Shown: positions 8,006 through 15,979 of the stretch, piece after piece | How positions within the stretch are numbered: position 1 is the stretch's first letter | Layout of the letters: the number at the start of each line of letters is the position of its first letter | DNA from: Patescibacteria group bacterium | Lineage (GTDB): Bacteria > Patescibacteriota > Patescibacteriia > UBA2591 > JABMQE01 | Assembly (NCBI GenBank): GCA_018896645.1 | Contig: JAHIMF010000062.1 | Span: 1-58,830 of the forward strand | Direction of reading: 5' to 3' | Length of the DNA stretch: 58,830 nt | Program-made: the position numbers and the translations under genes | Notes under the pieces: model-generated | What the model saw: the letters and a program-made list of their open reading frames with translations, nothing else | Told to the model about the DNA's origin: nothing | Database searches by the model: none

Positions 8006-8143
8006 AAATATTAAAAAAACTAGAAATAAAGCCATTCGACAAACTCAGGCCAGGAAAATTAAGAAATAAAGGGTCGAGTGTTAAATTTGAAAATTGTTAT
8101 CCTTAATTTCTTAGTTTCTTTATTTCTCCTCGCCTTCCAGTTA

Positions 8144-9547
8144 TTAAAATTCCTCAACTTCCGCTTCTGATACCTCCTCACCCCTCTCACCTTCTATAGC
8201 CTCTGTCTCTTGTCTGGGCGCTTGTTCAACTGGTAAAGCAAAAGGCGGTTCCATGCGCTTGGCTTCGGTTTTCTTGAGCAAAGGAGTTCTGATGTCCATC
8301 ATTGGAAAATGCCAAAGAGTTGCCAACTCCTCAATATTCAAAACAAAGCGCGCCCGACCCCGCCAATTACTTCGATATTTATAAGCTAAAACCAATCTCC
8401 GTTGCCTGGCCGCAACCCGACGTTTTATAAAAAAATAATCAATTGTCGTCTTGCTTTTGGGGTGAGGCTTAAATCCGTTTAAATCAAGACTGTTAAATTG
8501 AGCAATGGATCCTAATATCCCATTGACGCCGCGAGGCTTGGAAAAAATATCTCTAGGTCCCCAGTACATAAATCGAAATTTAGTATCAAAACCATGTTTA
8601 GAAATCTTTGCTTCAACAGCCTCTACTGCTGTCCGCTCACCAGGAGATAAATAAAGCATTTGTGAACGCAACGCTTGTTGCTTTCGAGCCACTTCCGTCT
8701 CACTAGTCTTGAAAGAAGCTGTGGCCGTATCAAAAGCGCCCTTAGCCAATTTCTGGCCGGCTTGACCCAATTTGGCAAAGTAAGTGCTAGCCCCATCTGT
8801 TTCTGGCACTTGGGCTCCTATTAATTTTCTAACCAGCCGTACCCCACCCTTAATCCAATCAGGCAGAATGGGTGTAATAACCAGCTGAAGCCAAATGTGC
8901 TCCGTAGGACTGATATTGCTCATAATTTCCAAAAGGGACGCCATGGGGTCTTTAAATTCTTGCGTTAAGCCGTACTCAAAAAACGGATAAGTTCTAATGG
9001 GGTAATGATCCTTGTTATAGGTAACAAATTCCGTGCCCCAAAGATTATACGTTTTATTGGGGTATGCCGTTGGCACGGCCCCGGCATAGTCTTCTACTTC
9101 CGTAATTTCAGCATCCGGATATTGAGCATAAATTGCGGCTTCCACCAAATTCCTAAACAGGGTTGGGGAATGAACTAAAAACTGTAAATACCCGCCATCA
9201 CTAATAATCTCAAAACTGAATTTTGGCGTTAAAAAACCCTGCCAGTACTTTTCCACTAAATTTGGCGTTTTATAACTCCCATAAATTTGGGCAAAAAGAT
9301 TTTCTACGGCTTTCGGGCCTTGCTCATTCTCTTTGGGGACATCCACCGCCAAAAGCACATATTTCTGCTTGCTATAATAAATATTCTGCCGCCAATAAAG
9401 CCAGGCTTCTTTTAAGCCCCAAAGTAAAACAATCAGAAGCAGGACCCAACCGCCGTTTTTTATCAAAAACCAAACACCTTCCCAAGCATTATCAAAACTG
9501 CTTAGTTGGGTCAGGAAACTTGAGATTGAATTCATGACGTTGACCAT
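8144..9547 (-). CDS. membrane-anchored hypothetical protein, upstream partner of the VirD4-like ATPase
   Basis: The long ORF has an N-terminal TM (WVLLLIVLLWGL). The start at MVNVMN (9547) is preferred because 9548..9652 is a GC-rich repeat. Confidence 0.55.
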   Translation of the reverse strand: MVNVMNSISSFLTQLSSFDNAWEGVWFLIKNGGWVLLLIVLLWGLKEAWLYWRQNIYYSKQKYVLLAVDVPKENEQGPKAVENLFAQIYGSYKTPNLVEKYWQGFLTPKFSFEIISDGGYLQFLVHSPTLFRNLVEAAIYAQYPDAEITEVEDYAGAVPTAYPNKTYNLWGTEFVTYNKDHYPIRTYPFFEYGLTQEFKDPMASLLEIMSNISPTEHIWLQLVITPILPDWIKGGVRLVRKLIGAQVPETDGASTYFAKLGQAGQKLAKGAFDTATASFKTSETEVARKQQALRSQMLYLSPGERTAVEAVEAKISKHGFDTKFRFMYWGPRDIFSKPRGVNGILGSIAQFNSLDLNGFKPHPKSKTTIDYFFIKRRVAARQRRLVLAYKYRSNWRGRARFVLNIEELATLWHFPMMDIRTPLLKKTEAKRMEPPFALPVEQAPRQETEAIEGERGEEVSEAEVEEF

Positions 9548-9587
9548 GTTTTTATTATAACAAAAAAATGAATACAATGCCAATCTA

Positions 9588-9650
9588 CCTCTCGGCCATC
9601 CCTCGACTCCGAGGTCGCTCAGACTCGAGGAAAGCTCGAGGCTGAATGGC
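9588..9650. repeat. GC-rich repeat, family 2 (CCTCTCGGCCAT...CTCGAGGCTGAATGGC)
   Basis: Homologous copies at 19405..19495 and 41780..41809, plus a partial inverted copy at 8031..8054. Confidence 0.75.
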
Positions 9651-9788
9651 AAATGAATGTTTACCCCAATAACGACCGGGGCAGGTCTACAAATGTGCGA
9701 ATACCAAAAAAGCTCCAGACTTTAGTATCCTGAAGCTTCTTGGTTGAAAATATAAAAAATGAAAATATGGATATGTGGATATATTTAC

Positions 9789-10949
9789 TTATTCCAAATC
9801 AACCACATTATATCGTCCATCATCCAATCTCTTAAACTTACTCTTGTCCGAAAGCGCCAAAAGCACGGTGCCGGGTTTCACCATCCGTTGCTTTAGCACC
9901 TCATCAATTATTTCTTCGCGAGCTAAAGGCCCTTTCTTTTTTATAATACCAACAATAACATCAGGCACTATTCCGGGAATATAGCCCCAGTTTTTTAGAG
10001 CGTACACACCCCGGCCAACTAGGATATACTTATCACCCATAATTAACTCATTATGGACAGTAGCCGGGTTAGCGGTTTTGGAGTCAAAACCCTGCTTATT
10101 AATTGCCTCGGCAATCTCGTTAAAATGCAATGGCTTGCCAGTTTTTTCCAGCACTAAATAAATCTTATCGCTCATTCTTTTGGGAACAATGGTTCGCCAA
10201 TCAATCAAACCCCATTCGCCAAAAGAATTTCTCTTGGTTTTAGCGCTGGCTTCCAGGGCTGACAAAATTATTTTATCGGTTGCCTCATAATCTTTATCAT
10301 GAGAATAATCTTTAAAACCAGCCACCAAATTCTCTGCTAAGGTTGGTTTGCCTTGGTTTTCGATAAAGCTATGCAACTCATCTAAAATTTTTCTAAAAAG
10401 CTCAACATCGGCAATCTTTAATTTCCAGCCCGGCATAAAATATTCATCTGCCCTTACCTTTTCTAAATTTTTATCTAAAAGCTTGGAAATAATAAAAAGG
10501 AGGGCTTGTTTTCCAAAATTGGAAACCGATTCATCTTCACTTATCTCTAAAAGTTTGTTTACTAAAAAGTCTTCCTGCATAATCCCGCCATGGAATTCTA
10601 AAGTATCAAAAACAACAGCCTCAAACGGACTCACTAAATCTTTAAACTTGCCGTCTTGTTTGATCTTCTTGATCGCTCTGCTTTCTATCTGCCGGATTCT
10701 TTCGCGAGTAACTTTATAAAACTTACCAATCGCTTCTAGAGTTTGCTTTTTTATTTCCTCGGCTTCATACAAGGCATAGCGGCGTTTAAGAATCTCAACT
10801 TCTTGTTTGCTTAAGACAGCAAAAAGCCCCGCAATTAATTCTTGAGGTTGAATTTGCCCTTTTCTCTCGGCTTGCTGTTCTCGAAGCACCTCATCAAGCA
10901 GGGAATCGGTTTTTTGATTTTTCGATTGGTTGTCATTGTCATTCATCAT
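9789..10949 (-). CDS. sigma-70 region-4-like HTH protein with C-terminal HARE-HTH/winged-helix modules
   Basis: 'LSKQEVEILKRRYAL...TLEAIGKFYKVTRERIRQIESRAIKKIK' is region 4. 'KIYLVLEKTGKPLHFNEIAEAI...VHNEL...ILVGRGVYALKNW' is HARE-HTH-like. Confidence 0.6.
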   Translation of the reverse strand: MMNDNDNQSKNQKTDSLLDEVLREQQAERKGQIQPQELIAGLFAVLSKQEVEILKRRYALYEAEEIKKQTLEAIGKFYKVTRERIRQIESRAIKKIKQDGKFKDLVSPFEAVVFDTLEFHGGIMQEDFLVNKLLEISEDESVSNFGKQALLFIISKLLDKNLEKVRADEYFMPGWKLKIADVELFRKILDELHSFIENQGKPTLAENLVAGFKDYSHDKDYEATDKIILSALEASAKTKRNSFGEWGLIDWRTIVPKRMSDKIYLVLEKTGKPLHFNEIAEAINKQGFDSKTANPATVHNELIMGDKYILVGRGVYALKNWGYIPGIVPDVIVGIIKKKGPLAREEIIDEVLKQRMVKPGTVLLALSDKSKFKRLDDGRYNVVDLE

Positions 10950-11270
10950 ATATTTAATCTTTCTTGCATGAGAACAAAAGAAACTAAGAAATAAAGAAAC
11001 TAAGAAATAAAGGGCTAAATGTCAAATTTTATAAAATTATTATCCTTTATTTCTGTATTACTTTATTACTTTATTTCCCTGAATTTTTCTAACAACTATT
11101 TTCATGCTGACTTTATCTAATATTAGCTAAAAATAAGGCAATCCCTTATTACACAAAATAAGTATAACATAAACCAAAAAATATGTCAACGAAAAAAAAT
11201 TTATTCCAAAAATTTTTATCAAAAAAACAGCCCTATTAGAGAACTGCTTCTATACTCCTTAACTTTATCA

Positions 11271-11525
11271 TTATTTCAAAATCCTTAGCCGCCTCAAATT
11301 CCACTCTGTCCATTTCGCTTGCCTGGCAATCATACTTTTTAAGGTCTTTATCTTAAAAGTATCGCCCAAAGCATGAAACGAAACTGTCACTCTTCGCCCA
11401 TCTGGATGATAATAGCGCTGATGACTGCCTTTTTGCAAGTGAAGATAAAATCCATCTTTAATCAAAGCCCTAATTATCTCTCAAACAGTTACGGAATGAA
11501 GTTTTGAATAATCAATTCCTTTCAT
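11271..11525 (-). pseudogene. hicA: HicA-family toxin interrupted by an in-frame TGA at codon 15
   Basis: The ATG at 11525 overlaps the hicB stop (ATGA). Translation reads MKGIDYSKLHSVTV-TGA(11483..11481)-EIIRALIKDGFYLHLQKGSHQRYYHP..., and the KGSH motif is HicA-like. Confidence 0.65.
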
Positions 11526-11806
11526 ACGGAAACAGCTATGGGGAGATCAAAGGTAACTCTTTGACGTTCCTGAACCTTTATTGGGATCTCCTCCCCATCT
11601 TCGGTCATTTCTTCAGCAATCATCTCCAGAACTTCTTGAATATTTTTTAAAGCCTCCTCCTTGGTGTAACCCCAGGTAGCTGCCCCTTGTGATTCTAATG
11701 CTGGACAACAAGCAAACCATCTGTCTTCATCTGGCTCAACTACAACTCTAAAAATATAAGTCTTTGTGAGTCCCACTGATTTATTTTTGGTTAAAACTTT
11801 CTTCAT
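11522..11806 (-). CDS. hicB: HicB-family antitoxin (UPF0150 fold)
   Basis: 'YIFRVVVEPDEDRWFACCPALESQGAATWGYTKEEALKNIQEVLEMIAE' is typical of the HicB N-domain. The start is probably MKKVL at 11806. Confidence 0.7.
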   Translation of the reverse strand: MKKVLTKNKSVGLTKTYIFRVVVEPDEDRWFACCPALESQGAATWGYTKEEALKNIQEVLEMIAEEMTEDGEEIPIKVQERQRVTFDLPIAVSV

Positions 11807-11848
11807 ATTGGTAATTATAAAACCGATAAAATAATAAGTCAAATTTTA

Positions 11849-12958
11849 TTAATCTTCATCCCTTAGTTCCTCAAATAACTTCTTCTCTTTCCTGCTCAAC
11901 TTTTGCGGTGTCTTGACTATAATCTCTACCAAATGGTCTCCCCTGCCTCGGCCGCGGAGATACGGAATGCCGCGGTCTGACAGTTTGAATATTTTACCAG
12001 TTTGGGTGCCAGTGGGAATTTTAAGCTTAACCTTGCCATCCAAGGTTTCAACATCAATTTTATCGCCAAGAGCGGCTTGGGAAAAAGTTATCTCTTCTTG
12101 AGTAATGACATCATCTTCTTCGCGCTTAAAACGCGAGTGCTCGCGGATGATAAATGTAATATATAAATCTCCGGGTGCGCCACCCCTGATTCCAGCCTCA
12201 CCCCGGCCAAGCAGGCGAATTGATTTACCAGCAGAGATCCCAGCTGGCACTTTGAATTTAATTTTTTCTTTACTCTGAACTATGCCAGCGCCCCTGCATT
12301 GGCTGCATTTTTGACTAGGAACTTTGCCTTCTCCCTGGCAATCCGGACAAATACCGCTTGTTTGAATAGAGCCCAAAATTGTCCGCTGAACCCGAGTCAC
12401 CTGTCCAGTACCGCCGCAAGTTTTGCAGGTCTCAATTTTCGTACCTGGTTCAGCGCCATTGCCATTACACTTAGGACAAATCACATTTTTATCTAATTCA
12501 ATTTCTTTTTCGGCGCCAAAAGCGGCTTCTTTAAAATCAAGGGCCATTTGAATTTCTATATCCTGGCCGTGTTGAGTTCTGGTCCTGGCTCTTGCGGAAC
12601 GACCGCCCATACCAAATAAATCACCAACAATATCGCCCAAATCATCAAAGTCAAAATTAACTCCGCCGCCGCCTGAACGAAAAGCATCGGCAAAACCGGA
12701 AAAGTCGCGAAAACCGTTAAATCCGGAAAAACCGCCGCCAGCTTGGGCTTGTTCAAATGTTTGGCCGAACTGGTCATATTGTTTTCTTTTTTTCGGATTG
12801 CTCAAAACCTGATAGGCTTCATTGGCTTCTTTAAATTTTTGCTCGTCACCGCCGGATTTATCTGGATGATGCTGGTGCGCGAGTTTTCTAAAAGCCCGCT
12901 TGATTTCTTCTGAAGAAGCGGTTTTGGGGACTCCTAGGATGTCGTAGTAATTAGACAT
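11849..12958 (-). CDS. dnaJ: molecular chaperone DnaJ
   Basis: J-domain (YYDILGV...HPD), G/F region and four CxxCxGxG zinc motifs. Confidence 0.97.
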   Translation of the reverse strand: MSNYYDILGVPKTASSEEIKRAFRKLAHQHHPDKSGGDEQKFKEANEAYQVLSNPKKRKQYDQFGQTFEQAQAGGGFSGFNGFRDFSGFADAFRSGGGGVNFDFDDLGDIVGDLFGMGGRSARARTRTQHGQDIEIQMALDFKEAAFGAEKEIELDKNVICPKCNGNGAEPGTKIETCKTCGGTGQVTRVQRTILGSIQTSGICPDCQGEGKVPSQKCSQCRGAGIVQSKEKIKFKVPAGISAGKSIRLLGRGEAGIRGGAPGDLYITFIIREHSRFKREEDDVITQEEITFSQAALGDKIDVETLDGKVKLKIPTGTQTGKIFKLSDRGIPYLRGRGRGDHLVEIIVKTPQKLSRKEKKLFEELRDED

Positions 12959-12990
12959 GATACAGCAGATTACAGCAGATTTTTATTTTA

Positions 12991-13102
12991 TACAGCAGAT
13001 TTAAGCAGATTATAACGGATTATCACTTTGAAATTTTTTAGGGATTAAATATCCTTTATATTCCAAAAATAATCTGCTAAAAATCTGCTTAAATCTGCTG
13101 TA
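12991..13102. repeat. 21-bp perfect inverted repeat of locus-specific 'words' upstream of dnaJ
   Basis: TACAGCAGATTTAAGCAGATT (12991..13011) pairs with AATCTGCTTAAATCTGCTGTA (13082..13102). The word TACAGCAGAT is also tandem at 12961..12980. Confidence 0.85.
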
Positions 13103-13144
13103 TGATTTGAAAAAAGGTGGAGCCATCGCAAAAGGACAGCCCCA

Positions 13145-13468
13145 CTAATTGTCCTCCCAATCTATGCCGCTAATGGAAAAAAGAGCCCCAATTTTTCGCC
13201 TAATCCGCCTGACCAACCTCCATGGGTTTATGCGAAAGAAAAACTTCCTCAAACGCCTTTTCTTCTTTCCTTTCTTTCTGTCTGACCAAAGGTGAAAACC
13301 GTCTAAAGGATGCCTTAGGACATCCCCGAGGCAATGGGAAAAATAACGAACCCACCCGTTACTAATTTTCTTTCTGTGCTTAACGCCCAGATACAAATAA
13401 ACCGAAAAGCTAACAACAGTGGCAACACTCAAAACAATTTTCCGAACAACATTCCGGATTGCTCTCAT
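13145..13468 (-). CDS. hypothetical membrane-anchored basic protein
   Basis: 107 aa. AAGGAGGG lies 5 nt upstream of the ATG. One TM and a Lys/Arg-rich tail. Confidence 0.5.
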   Translation of the reverse strand: MRAIRNVVRKIVLSVATVVSFSVYLYLGVKHRKKISNGWVRYFSHCLGDVLRHPLDGFHLWSDRKKGKKKRRLRKFFFRINPWRLVRRIRRKIGALFSISGIDWEDN

Positions 13469-13555
13469 TTTTCCCTCCTTGGTTTTGGTGTATTTAAAAA
13501 ACTGATTGAAAAAGTGAGGGGGAGCTTGGTTGGGCTAAGCTCCCCAATCTCGTTT

Positions 13556-13768
13556 TTATGATACTTTCAAGCCGGCCCTCTGTCGCAGGCCAGCCCAAGC
13601 TAAGGCCTGGCTCGGTTCATCGCCGGAGCCCATGATATCGGCAAATATCTCTTTGTCTCTCTTTGTTGGCAAAACCCTCCTGGCAACCGCCAACATCCTG
13701 TCTTCGTCGCTCTTAACTCCTGCTTCAGGCTTTAATAAATTAACGCCCAGGCTGACGGACTTAGCCAT
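13556..13768 (-). CDS. hypothetical protein
   Basis: 70 aa. GAGGAGG Shine-Dalgarno site upstream. GC-richer than flanking genes. Confidence 0.45.
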   Translation of the reverse strand: MAKSVSLGVNLLKPEAGVKSDEDRMLAVARRVLPTKRDKEIFADIMGSGDEPSQALAWAGLRQRAGLKVS

Positions 13769-13801
13769 AATCGCCTCCTCTTTTTTGCTTATTTGCCAAT
13801 T

Positions 13802-14230
13802 TTAGTCATCAGTATAAACTGATCCGGATAGTCTCCATTCTTCAAGTTTTGCTTGAAATTCTTTAATGGCCTCCGGGCTCACAGCGATTTCTAACGCTGT
13901 TTTAAATATATCTCGGGCACATTCATCATCCAGTTCCACGCGCAATTGAGAAGAAATAACAAGCCGAAAAATATCATCAGCCTCTAAGCCCCTTAACAAC
14001 TTACAAAGACCGGGTAACATTGCCAACCTTGCCTCTTGAAGCACTGTTTCAATATTAATGAGAAGATGTATCACTGCTCGCATTACCCGCTGGACTGATT
14101 CAATTTGATCAAAACCCTGCAAGTCCACTAAAATCTCTTCAATTGTGGCAAGAAAAAGATTTCTATCATCAGCTCTTTCTTTTAATTTTAGACAAATTTT
14201 ATGCATTGCCTTTTTGGCCGCCTCTTGCAT
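13802..14230 (-). CDS. hypothetical helical protein
   Basis: 142 aa. AAGGAGGG upstream of the ATG. Confidence 0.5.
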   Translation of the reverse strand: MQEAAKKAMHKICLKLKERADDRNLFLATIEEILVDLQGFDQIESVQRVMRAVIHLLINIETVLQEARLAMLPGLCKLLRGLEADDIFRLVISSQLRVELDDECARDIFKTALEIAVSPEAIKEFQAKLEEWRLSGSVYTDD

Positions 14231-14329
14231 GAGCCCTCCTTGTTTGTTTTTCTGCCAGAATTGATAATGAACTATGAACTAAAAAATTCTTCTTTAAACA
14301 CATTTTCAAATTAACAGCCTTATCACTAA

Positions 14330-14740
14330 TCAGGCCTTTTTGCGTTCAAGCCTGTATCTATCTTCTTCTTTCCAAAACATTCCTTCCCGCTCCCACATCT
14401 TAATCCAAAAATCATTGACAATCCAAGTGGTGTAATGATGACGATACTCTAAAGCATCACAACGATTAATATCATGCATGGTTAAAATGCCCTTGACTTC
14501 CAGGCATTGTATTATCGTTGGAATGCCAGCAAACTTAACCGGTTGATGCAAGAAAAAATCTACTGTATAAGAAAATGGCTTGCCTTGTCTGTCATATACT
14601 TCGAATTTTACGTGGGGAGTAAAAGGTATTTCATACTTGTGAAGCAGGGTGGCCATTCTTGCTTCCAATTTGGAATCATACAGGACACCCTGAACCCACG
14701 TCTTCTTACCTCCATAATACGGCGCTTTACTTCTATTCAA
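14330..14740 (-). CDS. PD-(D/E)xK nuclease-fold protein, DUF1064-like
   Basis: 'VLYDSKLEARMATLL ... YTVDFFL ... CLEVKG' follows the DSK-E-A / D / E-x-K pattern of DUF1064-type phage nucleases. Confidence 0.5.
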   Translation of the reverse strand: MNRSKAPYYGGKKTWVQGVLYDSKLEARMATLLHKYEIPFTPHVKFEVYDRQGKPFSYTVDFFLHQPVKFAGIPTIIQCLEVKGILTMHDINRCDALEYRHHYTTWIVNDFWIKMWEREGMFWKEEDRYRLERKKA

Positions 14741-14791
14741 TTCCTCCTCCTTTGTTAGAATGTTGATATAAATAAAACGAACAGTCTCCCT

Positions 14792-15127
14792 TTATCCTTC
14801 GGGTTTCTCGGCGAAGCCGATTTCATTGTGCGGTAAATCCGCTTCCTGAATTTCGCCGAATTTATCTTCGTACTTTTTTATGTTCTCACCTAACGCCTTG
14901 ACCATCCGTTTTACATGGCCTGGTGTAGTTATCACTTTAGCGCTGACTCGCCCGCTTGGCGGAAAGATGTTGGCAAACATTAAATTAAACTCATCCCTAT
15001 TATGCCACACCTGCATCATATTGGCATAAGCGCCGCCCGGGATGTTGTCGGCGATCTGGATTTGCCTGCCCGCAGGAGAGATGGGTTGCCCTGCTTGTGG
15101 AGTTGGTTGAGATTGTTGTGATTGCAT
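14792..15127 (-). CDS. DUF3467-like protein
   Basis: 'GGAYANMMQVWHNRDEFNLMFANI...RVSAKVITTPGHVKRMVKAL' resembles DUF3467. Confidence 0.55.
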   Translation of the reverse strand: MQSQQSQPTPQAGQPISPAGRQIQIADNIPGGAYANMMQVWHNRDEFNLMFANIFPPSGRVSAKVITTPGHVKRMVKALGENIKKYEDKFGEIQEADLPHNEIGFAEKPEG

Positions 15128-15202
15128 AATGAATATTTTATTAATTTATTGGTTTATTGGTTTATTTTCACATTTTCAAATTAACGATATTATTCTAACT
15201 TG

Positions 15203-15224
15203 GAACCATTCGCCCGAATGGTTC
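15203..15224. terminator. 10-bp perfect palindrome GAACCATTCG-CC-CGAATGGTTC
   Basis: The same palindrome occurs at 40363..40384. Lies between two minus-strand genes. Confidence 0.45.
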
Positions 15225-15420
15225 AATACTATTTTGCTATATCTCACTATGATACTTCATAATATCATAGTGCAGTTGGTTTTTCGCGGTATGATAGTTC
15301 ATTATATCAAATCGCAGAAACCTGCCCCGAACCCTCTGGCTTGCCGGAGTGGTTTTAAGATCATTAACTTGAAAATATGGGGTCGGCGGTGTGAGCAACG
15401 ACCCCAGACATTTTATTACC

Positions 15421-15813
15421 CTAATGAGTGTAAGCGCACGAAACTGGTTTCGTGCGCTGCAAATAAGTTTGAAACAATTCAAGGTACCCCCCATCTACCC
15501 CATGCTTTTCCAGCTCTGATAAAAACCAAATTCGATCATCACTGGATAAACCACGGATACAATCATAAACCCATCCGCCTGCGTTAAAATCAGAACTGCT
15601 TTCATTCATACTACTGCCAACGAATCGACAGCCAATTTTGGAAATAACAAAATCAAACAAAACCTGCCGATCCGCCTGTCCTAGAATACGTTTTAACGAC
15701 CAAAGCGCACTCTCGATTCGAGTATCAAGTTTCTGTACAAGCCCCCTAAGAGTGCGGCTCGTTTCGTCATCATCTAGGAGCCTTGAGCAAAGCTCCTCAA
15801 TTCTGTCCGCCAT
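15421..15813 (-). CDS. hypothetical protein
   Basis: 130 aa. GGAAAGGAGGG upstream. Followed by hairpin GGGGTCG/CGACCCC plus a T-run (about 15375..15405). Confidence 0.5.
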   Translation of the reverse strand: MADRIEELCSRLLDDDETSRTLRGLVQKLDTRIESALWSLKRILGQADRQVLFDFVISKIGCRFVGSSMNESSSDFNAGGWVYDCIRGLSSDDRIWFLSELEKHGVDGGYLELFQTYLQRTKPVSCAYTH

Positions 15814-15979
15814 AACACCCTCCTTTCCATTTGTACTGCTGGTTAAAATGAACTACCAACGAAACGAACATCCAACTTCCACCCTTGCCCGCGATAGAGG
15901 TCAAGCTTAGCTCTCCGATGACCTCTGCCATGGGCAGGGTAGAATCTGCCTGCCCTAATTATCAATTATTAATTATCAA

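Noticed and set aside
11481-11483. Selenocysteine at the hicA TGA
   Set aside because: The aligned position in the HicA family is Arg or Lys, not Cys. I see no convincing SECIS-like hairpin immediately downstream, and no sel genes are in the window.
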